Shown one piece after another: positions 10,101-16,490 of a stretch of DNA of 64,000 nt (its first letter is position 1; every line of letters begins with the position of its first letter). The translations under genes were made by a program, and so were the position numbers. This DNA comes from Alphaproteobacteria bacterium. Its GTDB lineage: Bacteria > Pseudomonadota > Alphaproteobacteria > JANSWW01. The stretch covers positions 145,728 to 209,727 of the forward strand of contig JANSWW010000010.1 of assembly GCA_024743275.1 (NCBI GenBank). Direction: 5' to 3'. Under the pieces are notes generated by a model. That model saw only the letters and a list, made by a program, of their open reading frames with translations. It was not told where the DNA came from and made no database searches.

Positions 10101-11584
10101 ATCGCCGCGAAGTTCGGCGCCAACTGGATCGCGTCGACACCCCCCTCAAGATCGGACGCATGCAGGATCTGGAGCGTGAAAGTATCTTGCTGCTGATGGA
10201 CCGTGGTGGTGTTCGACACCTCGTTGGCGACGATCAGCTCGTTCTTGCCGCTGGCGGATTCGCCGGACGCGACGAAGTCGAGGCCCTCCGGCGAGACGTC
10301 GCCGGTGCGGGCGACAAAGCCGGCGAATTCCGGCGCCGTCGGGGTGGAGACGTCGAACAGCATCACTTCGCTGGTCCGCTCGTTGCCGACAAAGAGGTAG
10401 GTCTTGTCGCCGATGGTGCCGACGGTAACGGCCTCGGGTTCCGGCCCCTTGTCGTCGGACCGGCTGTCGACGAAGCGGGACGGGAACTGCTCGCCGATCA
10501 GCGTTTCGATCCGGTCACCGCTTTCGAAGACGATGTTGCCGGTCGAATCGAAGATGGTGAAGGACCGGCCACCATAGCCGTAGATCTGATCGGTATCGCC
10601 GTCGCCGTCCGTGTCGCCGTTGGCGGTGGTCGTCTTCAGCCGGCCGAGATTGGCGTCGAGCTGAAGCGTGGCCGCATCCGGATAGACGGTCGGGTCGAGG
10701 GTCAGGTCGTCGACCCGGACTTCCTCGGAGAAGCCATCGTAGTCACGGGCATCGCCCTCGTTGGCGGTCACGAAATAGGTGGCGCCGTCGATCACGAAGG
10801 AGGTGATGGCGTCGGGCTGATTGAAGCTCAGGACGTTGGCGTTCACCTGGTTGAATCCGCCGTCCTCGTTCGACGGGTCGAACTTGGTGGTGTTGTAGTT
10901 GGTCACACCGGCGGTGATGATCCGCTCGACCGTCGCGGTCGCAATGTCGACGATGGCGATCGCGTTGTTTTCCTGCATGGTCACCCAGGCCTTACTGGCA
11001 TCGCCGTTGAGCGCGATGAACTCCGGCTCGGCGTCCTGGGCCACGGTGGCGTTGGGACCGAAGAAGCGGATGTCGTTATTGGCTTCCAGGGTCGCTTCCT
11101 GGCTGTTGAAGGCATCGAACGTCGCCGTTTGGACCGACTTGTCGGCGACGGTGATGATCGACACGCTGCCGACCGGGTCGACGGTGTAGGCGTCGTTCGG
11201 CTCGCCCTCATTGGCGACCAGGACCTTGGTCCCATCCGGCGTGAAAGTGACCATGTCCGGGTTGGCGCCGACCGTCACCGCGTCTGTGAAATTGCCGTCC
11301 GTGTCATAGAAACGGACCGTACCGTTATCCGTATTGGTCTGGGCGGCGACCGCGACCGCCAGGACGCCGTTCGAAACGTCCAGCGAATTCGGGCCGCCGA
11401 CCGACGTCAGGTCGATCCCGGTGACAAGCGTGCCGTCGACGGCGTTCAGGATATCGACGCCGTTCGGCCCGACCACGAAAATCCGCTGGGTCGCGGCGTC
11501 GTATTTGACGATCTCCGCGCCACCGGCGGCGGTCGACGAGTGATCGAACGTGAAACGCGGCGTGAAATTGGGCGTCGTAACCAT
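7187..11584 (-). CDS. Large secreted multidomain phosphoesterase. Domain order: N-terminal beta-propeller (choice-of-anchor-I-like), metallophosphatase/5'-nucleotidase with its C-terminal domain, the 5x ANPD module, then RTX repeats and a C-terminal secretion block.
   Basis: Metallophosphatase motifs ILHASDLEGG and GNHEFDLG. 5'-nucleotidase C-terminal-like motifs NGGGIR and NFLVDGGDNY. RTX repeats AGAGDDIIRGLGGDDTLEGGAGSD. The likely start is the ATG at 11584, preceded by GGGAG at 6 nt; the ORF track starts at 11680. No signal peptide. Confidence 0.88.
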   Translation of the reverse strand: MVTTPNFTPRFTFDHSSTAAGGAEIVKYDAATQRIFVVGPNGVDILNAVDGTLVTGIDLTSVGGPNSLDVSNGVLAVAVAAQTNTDNGTVRFYDTDGNFTDAVTVGANPDMVTFTPDGTKVLVANEGEPNDAYTVDPVGSVSIITVADKSVQTATFDAFNSQEATLEANNDIRFFGPNATVAQDAEPEFIALNGDASKAWVTMQENNAIAIVDIATATVERIITAGVTNYNTTKFDPSNEDGGFNQVNANVLSFNQPDAITSFVIDGATYFVTANEGDARDYDGFSEEVRVDDLTLDPTVYPDAATLQLDANLGRLKTTTANGDTDGDGDTDQIYGYGGRSFTIFDSTGNIVFESGDRIETLIGEQFPSRFVDSRSDDKGPEPEAVTVGTIGDKTYLFVGNERTSEVMLFDVSTPTAPEFAGFVARTGDVSPEGLDFVASGESASGKNELIVANEVSNTTTVHQQQDTFTLQILHASDLEGGVDAIQLAPNFAAIEDYLDDQISASITLSAGDNYLPGPFFNASSDRSIRTDLQTANTQIFSSSLGEGETLSNFREGGGRIDISIMNAIGFDASAVGNHEFDLGTDTFEGLIEPDIRGATVGDVRYLGAQFPYLSANLDFSSNGDLSNLYTSSIISNESFRSLPNDLSNASTPQIAPATVIEEDGQRIGVVGATTQVIESISSTGNVVSTAGTTNDMTALAAVLQPIVDQMVADGINKIVLVSHLQQFALEQELATLLDGVDVIVAGGSDTRLLDSEDVARGSVQPGDTSQGDYPFLTTDKSGNPVAVVSTDGEYSYVGRLVVDFNADGILQTSSIDPNVSGAYATTTAQVEALWGSTEAAFASGTAGNTVQTLVNSVTGVVTAQDGNTFGSTSVYIDGERSQVRTEETNLGNLTADANLFVAQQHDSTVTVSIKNGGGIRSVIGETSNEGATTQLLPPQANALAGKEEGQVSQLDISNSLRFNNSLTLLTLTADQLLATVEHAVSATADGATPGQFGQFGGIQFAFDDDLPAGDRVTSLTIVDQNNNNQIVDVIARDGEVIGDGSREIRVVTLNFLVDGGDNYPFEGFITENAARANRVELTDVLTDTGSATFANPGTEQDALAEYLAANFSSTPFAEAEVDPGRDSRIQNLDKRADDVLGNKYEGQFVESFYLAANPDLAAAGLTGDALVAHFQGGGFYEGRLVEFNAAEYLQANPDVAAAGFTTSTAITHYLAHGESEDRLVQFSGAQYLAANPDLAAQGVTEATALDHFLTTGRDQGRIDSFDARGYLLANPDVAAAGFTTDTAITHYSTFGKNEGRGFFDGAGYAFANADVAASATPGASHFDLFGQTEGRSPAIKGSQADDTIFAGAGDDIIRGLGGDDTLEGGAGSDIHIGGAGADLFKLVTGESGADVIGDFNFAEGDRLLIENRTGAALDRDAIIAGASDNAAGNAVFTLSSDQTLELIGVSTSDLSAEALFLTGF
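7577..8140 (-). repeat. Five tandem ANPD repeats inside the nucleotidase gene.
   Basis: Cores YLAANPDLAAAG, YLQANPDVAAAG, YLAANPDLAAQG, YLLANPDVAAAG and YAFANADVAASA. Confidence 0.8.
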
Positions 11585-11700
11585 GGAGTGCTCCCGAGGC
11601 TGGTGGGCGCCTCCGGTCGGGGCACCCTTTGTCATAGGCATGTGAGAATAGCCGTCTCCCCTACCCCGGACGGCCACCAAGCCCTTGGGAGGTAACCCCG

Positions 11701-11746
11701 TTTCGTTAATACAATTTTAAGATTTGGTTACCGAATTGTTATGCCC
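11701..11746. promoter_or_regulatory. AT-rich patch with an imperfect inverted repeat, in the divergent intergenic region between the nucleotidase gene and the BNR-protein gene.
   Basis: The sequence gtttcgttAATACAATTttaagatttggttaccgAATTGTTATgcc stands out against GC-rich flanks. The two half-sites are near reverse complements of each other. Confidence 0.25.
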
Positions 11747-11875
11747 CGCCCGAGGCGCAGCGGGCGGTCACGGCGCGCGCCCCTGGCGCGTCGTCGCCGA
11801 GCCAGGGGGATTCCCTTGGACATCGGCGCGAAGGTGCTTTGATATCGGTCGCAACAAAACCGAAGAGATCCAAGC

Positions 11876-12880
11876 ATGACCACCTCTCCGAGATATATTG
11901 CCAATCGCGAAACCGCCTGTGCGCCGGATGCCGTCACCAATCAGGTCCACGCCTCGTCGGTGACCGGACTTTCGAACGGCGACATGGCCTGCGTCTGGTT
12001 CGGCGGCAGCCGGGAAGGTAGGCCCGACGTGGCGATCTATGGCGCGCTGCGGCGGGACGGGGCCTGGGGTGCGCCGGTGCTGGTCGCGAAGCTGGCGGAC
12101 ATACCCCACTGGAACCCGGTTCTCTTTGTCGACGACGGCGCGCTCTACCTATTCTTCAAGATCGGCGGCTCGCCGCGGAACTGGGCGACCTTCTGGTGTG
12201 CGCTCGATCCGAACTCGCTGTCCCCCCTCACCGCCCCGCGCGCCCTGGTGCCCGGCGATGTCGGCGGGTGCGGACCGGTCCGCAGCCGCCCCCTGGCGCT
12301 TCCCGGTGGACGTTGGGTGGCGCCGAACTCGCTGGAGAGCAAGACCGAGTGGACGGCCTGTTTCGATATTTCGGACGACCGTGGCGCGACCTGGACGGCG
12401 GGCGCGCCAATCCGGGCCAGCCTGCCCGGCACGGTGCCCAAGCCGCCCGCCGGGATCATCCAACCGACCCTTTGGCGGCAGGCCGATGGGACACTGAAAG
12501 CCTATCTCCGGTCGACCTATGGCGTGGTGTTCGAAACCGTCTCCCAGGATGACGGGGCGACATGGTCCGAGGCGAAACCGCTCCCCATCCCCAACAACAA
12601 CAGCGCGCTGGAAGTGCTTTCGCTTCCCGGTGGGTCCCTCGTGATGGCGCTGAACCCGGTCAAGGGAAACTGGGTGCAACGCACGCCGCTGGTCCTGATG
12701 GGCAGCGGGGACGGAGGTCGGACATGGGCGGAGCTGGCGCGCCTGGAGACGGAGAAGGGCGAGTTCTCCTATCCTTCCCTGACGACGACGCAAGACGGTT
12801 TTGCCGTATCGTATACCTGGAACCGCAAAGCCATCGTCGTCTGGACCTTTCGCCGGGCCAGCTTGAGCCAGGCTGGTTAG
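11876..12880 (+). CDS. BNR/Asp-box repeat protein with a sialidase (GH33)-like beta-propeller.
   Basis: Asp-box motifs SDDRGATW, SQDDGATW and SGDGGRTW. 334 aa with no obvious signal peptide. Confidence 0.75.
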   Translation: MTTSPRYIANRETACAPDAVTNQVHASSVTGLSNGDMACVWFGGSREGRPDVAIYGALRRDGAWGAPVLVAKLADIPHWNPVLFVDDGALYLFFKIGGSPRNWATFWCALDPNSLSPLTAPRALVPGDVGGCGPVRSRPLALPGGRWVAPNSLESKTEWTACFDISDDRGATWTAGAPIRASLPGTVPKPPAGIIQPTLWRQADGTLKAYLRSTYGVVFETVSQDDGATWSEAKPLPIPNNNSALEVLSLPGGSLVMALNPVKGNWVQRTPLVLMGSGDGGRTWAELARLETEKGEFSYPSLTTTQDGFAVSYTWNRKAIVVWTFRRASLSQAG

Positions 12881-14715
12881 AGCCCCTCCACCCCGATACC
12901 GATGCTGTCCGCCCCGACGGGCGCAAGCGACCGTCCCTCGCTCGCGCCGAAGAACTCGTAGTGGGTATAGGCGTCCGCCCCGGCCCTCGCGACATCCGGA
13001 TTGGCGGCGAGATAGGCCGCCCCATCGAGGAATTGCCGGCCCTCGTTCTGGCCGAAAGTCAGAAAATGGTTGATCGCCGTCGCCTCGGTGATGCCGGCCT
13101 CTCGGAGATCGGTATTGCGGGCCATATAGGCGTTGGGGTCGAAGTCGGTCCGCCGCCCCTCGGTCCGTCCAAAGGTCTGATAATGACTGCCCGCATCGGT
13201 GACGGCGATTCCGGCGGCGACGAGGTCCGGATTGGCGATCAGATAGCCCTCGGCGTCGAGCAACCGCCCTTCGCTCCGGCCGAAGTTCAAATAGTGTTCG
13301 AGCGCCGTCGCGCCGGTGATCCCGGCCGCGACGATGTCGGGGTTCGCCGTCAGATAGTCATTCTCGTTGAACTCCATCATCCGGCCCTCGGAATATCCGA
13401 AGGCGAGGAAGTGATCGAGCGCGGTCTCCGTCGTGATACCCCCAGCCGCGAGATCGGCGTTTGTGTCTAGATATTCCTGCGCGTCGAACCGGAAACTATC
13501 GTCGTCGCTGATGGCCACATTGATGTTGACGCCGAGGGTCGCATTGCCGTTGGCCCGGAGGACGGCGTTGTAGACGTCGGAAATCGTGATCGTGAAGGTC
13601 TCATCCTCTTCGGCCGTGTAATCGGCGGTCAAAAGAACGTCGATCGATGCCCCGCTGCCCGACAAGACGGCATTGAGCGTCCCGCCCTGGAAGTCCTGCC
13701 CGGAAACGGCGGTGCCGTCGGTAGTGACGAAGGTCAGACGGGGCGCCACGGGGGCCGACGCTTCGGTATAGGTGAACGTCGTCCGGACGGTCCCGCCACT
13801 GAGCGTCCCCTCATCCGTGGTAGTCACCGCGAGTTCCAGGAAAGGCAGGCTGAAATCGGCGACGGTGATCGACTGATCGAAGAAGGAGAGGGTCTCGACG
13901 CCGGTCACGGAGAGTTTGCCTGCGTTGCCGTCGAAACCCTGGATCACCAATCCCCCTTGGAGATCAAACCCGATCCCGAAATCCGACCGGTTTCCGCTGA
14001 GCACAAGCGTATCGGTCCCGTCACCGCCGACGATTGTGTCGTCGCCACGGGTCGCCTCGATGACGTCATCGCCGGCCCCGCCCAGGATCGAATCGTCGCC
14101 GTCCCAACCGTCGATGGTATCGTCGCCCCCACCCCCGACAATGGTGTCATTGCCGTCATCGCCGAACAGGACCTCGGCGGCATCCGTCCCGGTGATCGTA
14201 TCCGGCTCGGACGTGCCATCGGCGAATTGCAGGGTCTGGGTCCGCACGGTCGTGATGGTCCCCGGATTGCTGATCGGCAGGAGCGAATCCGAGGCAACCG
14301 ACGGCAGTTGTTCCACATTGGCCATGCCGAAGACCGTCTCGGCCCAGACTGTGTAGAGATTGTCGAGGCCGGTCTGACGGGCAAAGGTGATGAAGAACTG
14401 GCTGTCGGCGCTGTTGATGTCGGTCGACCGCGCCATCCCGACAATGCCGCGCTCATAGACTTCGCCGGACAGTTCCGCGTTGATCGTCTGTCCCGATCCG
14501 CCGGTGCCGTTGCCGGCGGGATCCCCGCCCTGGGCGACGAAATCGTCGATCACGCGATGGAAAGTGAGGCCGTCATAAAATCCGCTGTCCGCGAGCTCGG
14601 AAATCCGGGCGACATGGGTCGGGGCAAGGTCGGAGCGCAATTGAAAGACCACGGGTCCGGTAGAGAGCTCGAACACCAACATGGATGCGCTGCTGGGCGT
14701 GATGTCGGCCATCAC
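12877..14715 (-). CDS. Cyclophilin-type peptidyl-prolyl cis-trans isomerase fused to RTX repeats, a Calx-beta-like domain and a C-terminal 5x ANPD module.
   Basis: The N-terminal 150 aa carry cyclophilin motifs FHRVIDDFVAQGGDP and MARSTDINSADSQFFI. RTX repeats follow (GDDGNDTIVGGGGDDTIDGWDGDDSILGGAGDD). A Calx-beta-like segment comes next (TTDGTAVSGQDFQ...DETFTITI), then five ANPD repeats running to the C-terminus. Confidence 0.88.
   Translation of the reverse strand: MMADITPSSASMLVFELSTGPVVFQLRSDLAPTHVARISELADSGFYDGLTFHRVIDDFVAQGGDPAGNGTGGSGQTINAELSGEVYERGIVGMARSTDINSADSQFFITFARQTGLDNLYTVWAETVFGMANVEQLPSVASDSLLPISNPGTITTVRTQTLQFADGTSEPDTITGTDAAEVLFGDDGNDTIVGGGGDDTIDGWDGDDSILGGAGDDVIEATRGDDTIVGGDGTDTLVLSGNRSDFGIGFDLQGGLVIQGFDGNAGKLSVTGVETLSFFDQSITVADFSLPFLELAVTTTDEGTLSGGTVRTTFTYTEASAPVAPRLTFVTTDGTAVSGQDFQGGTLNAVLSGSGASIDVLLTADYTAEEDETFTITISDVYNAVLRANGNATLGVNINVAISDDDSFRFDAQEYLDTNADLAAGGITTETALDHFLAFGYSEGRMMEFNENDYLTANPDIVAAGITGATALEHYLNFGRSEGRLLDAEGYLIANPDLVAAGIAVTDAGSHYQTFGRTEGRRTDFDPNAYMARNTDLREAGITEATAINHFLTFGQNEGRQFLDGAAYLAANPDVARAGADAYTHYEFFGASEGRSLAPVGADSIGIGVEGL
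12931..13494 (-). repeat. Five tandem ANPD repeats at the C-terminus of the PPIase fusion.
   Basis: Cores YLDTNADLAAGG, YLTANPDIVAAG, YLIANPDLVAAG, YMARNTDLREAG and YLAANPDVARAG. Confidence 0.8.
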
Positions 14716-14818
14716 TGGGTTCCTCTATGTTAGAAGGGATGCGAAATCGGTGGGAATATCAGGGAGAGGTCGCGGGTCCTGTCAAGAGCCGAAATGCGGG
14801 CTCGGCCGGGACCGGTCT

Positions 14819-16477
14819 TCAGGCACCGGCCACCGCGAGAGCCTCATCGGCCGATGCCGGCAAGACGCCCAGCAGGGTGACCGTGGCCCCATTGTCGAAA
14901 GTGATATCGAGGCCGGCGCTCGTCCGGTCTCCCACACTCCCATCCACCGGGACCAACGCCCCGTCGGGGCCAACCAGCACATCGCCGTCGGCGGCGTTGA
15001 AATCAACGACGGTGTCGACCCCTTCGCCGACCCTGAACCGGTCCGCGCCCGCCCCTCCGGTCAGCACGTTGGTTCCACTGCCGCCGGAAACCACATCGTT
15101 GCCGGCTCCGCCGTCGATCCTGTCGTCGCCGGCCCGGCCGAAGAGGATGTCGTCGCCATCGAGGCCGCGATAGCGCTCGTCGCCGTTGCCACCGAGGAAA
15201 AGGTCGGCCCGGTCGGACCCGCGCAGCGGCATCGCACGGCCGTCCGCCGCACCGGCCTGTTGATAATGATCCAACGCCTCGAGACCCGATGCGGCGACAT
15301 CCGGGTTGTCGACCAGATAAGCGTCCCGGTCGAAAAAGGCGCGTCCCTCAATGGCGCCGAAAGCGCGATAATGCTCGATGGCCTGGTCGTAGGTCGTAAG
15401 GCCGGCCGCGAGCAGTTCGGGGTTGGCCACAAGATAGGCCGCCGCGTCGAAACCCAGCCAACGGTCCTCGAACCGGCCGCTCGCGAGGTAATGCGCCGTC
15501 GCCGCCGCGGGATCGACGATGCCGGCCGCGACGAGATCCGGATTGGCGGCGAGATAGGCATCGGGATCGAAATCCGTCGGTCTCCCCTCGAGCCAGCCGA
15601 AGTTCAAATAATGGGCCTCGGCCTCCTCGGCGGTGAAGCCGGCCGCCGTCAGATCGGGATTGAGCGCCAGATAGCCGGATGCGTCGAACGCCAATTCCCG
15701 CTCCTCGGCGAAGCCCGAGGCGAGATAGTGGTCGAGCGCGTCCCCTTGATCCAGGCCGGCGGCGATCAGATCCGGATTGGCGGTGAGATAACCGGCGGGG
15801 TCGAAGGCAACCGAGAAATCGCCGCCATTGAGGATGGGGGCCTGCACCGAGTCGGGCCGGCCGACCACATCGTCGCCAAGATGCAGGACCCAGGCGGTGC
15901 CGAAGCCATACCCCTGGTCCCGACCGTCGACAAATCCAACCCCGACAGTGTCGAGCGACGGGTTGAGGAGCGTATCCCGGTGGCTCGGCGATGCCGTCCA
16001 CGCTTGCATGACCGCTTCGGCCGACAGCGCCCCGACCGCGAGATTCTCGGCCAGCAGGGAAAAGGAGCCGTCGGGATAGAGGGTGCGGAATCCGTCCGAC
16101 AGGCTTTCGCCCCCGCTCCAAATGTGGCTGAAAGCGTCATTTTCGACGATATCGAGCGCCTTGCGATTCGCCGAGAGCGAAAGATCCTGGGAAAGCGCGA
16201 CCGGCGCAAGGCCGTTCTCGGCCCGGTACGCGTTGAGCAACGCCGCGAAATCCGCCTCGATCGGATCGACACCGTCGCCGATCCTCACCGTATATAGCGA
16301 GAGAAGCGGCGGCACCGCCGTCCCGTTGTCCGCGCCAAGGTCCGGTGCGGTCGGATCTTCGTGAGGCGGCGCTCCGGTTTCATTCTCGGATTGCACCAGA
16401 ACGCCGGCGCCGTCGCCATCCGGCAAACGCACCAGGACGCTGGACGGGGCGAAATAGGGCTCGAAGGTCACGGACAT
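14819..16477 (-). CDS. CAP/SCP (PR-1, YkwD-like) domain protein fused to the 5x ANPD module and RTX repeats. T1SS substrate candidate.
   Basis: CAP-like region LLNAYRAENGLAPV...AFSHIW...AENLA...AVMQAWTASPSHRDTLLNP. RTX repeats GGNGDERYRGLDGDDILFGRAGDDRIDGGAGND. The ATG at 16477 avoids overlap with the upstream gene; the ORF track starts at 16525. Confidence 0.85.
   Translation of the reverse strand: MSVTFEPYFAPSSVLVRLPDGDGAGVLVQSENETGAPPHEDPTAPDLGADNGTAVPPLLSLYTVRIGDGVDPIEADFAALLNAYRAENGLAPVALSQDLSLSANRKALDIVENDAFSHIWSGGESLSDGFRTLYPDGSFSLLAENLAVGALSAEAVMQAWTASPSHRDTLLNPSLDTVGVGFVDGRDQGYGFGTAWVLHLGDDVVGRPDSVQAPILNGGDFSVAFDPAGYLTANPDLIAAGLDQGDALDHYLASGFAEERELAFDASGYLALNPDLTAAGFTAEEAEAHYLNFGWLEGRPTDFDPDAYLAANPDLVAAGIVDPAAATAHYLASGRFEDRWLGFDAAAYLVANPELLAAGLTTYDQAIEHYRAFGAIEGRAFFDRDAYLVDNPDVAASGLEALDHYQQAGAADGRAMPLRGSDRADLFLGGNGDERYRGLDGDDILFGRAGDDRIDGGAGNDVVSGGSGTNVLTGGAGADRFRVGEGVDTVVDFNAADGDVLVGPDGALVPVDGSVGDRTSAGLDITFDNGATVTLLGVLPASADEALAVAGA
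15236..15806 (-). repeat. Five tandem ANPD repeats inside the CAP-domain gene.
   Basis: Cores YLTANPDLIAAG, YLALNPDLTAAG, YLAANPDLVAAG, YLVANPELLAAG and YLVDNPDVAASG. Confidence 0.8.
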
Positions 16478-16490
16478 GATCGGTTCACCG

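Noticed and set aside
6974-11695. Long plus-strand ORFs 6974-9541 (855 aa) and 9848-11695 (615 aa).
   Set aside because: Both are antisense to the well-supported nucleotidase/RTX gene. The products are extremely R/G/V/D-rich with no motifs. These are typical shadow ORFs of GC3-rich coding DNA.
14681-16297. Plus-strand ORF of 538 aa, together with several minus-strand alternative-frame ORFs (15061-15561, 15348-16121, 15766-16272).
   Set aside because: They are antisense to, or out of frame with, the CAP/ANPD/RTX gene. Composition is Arg/Pro-rich nonsense.
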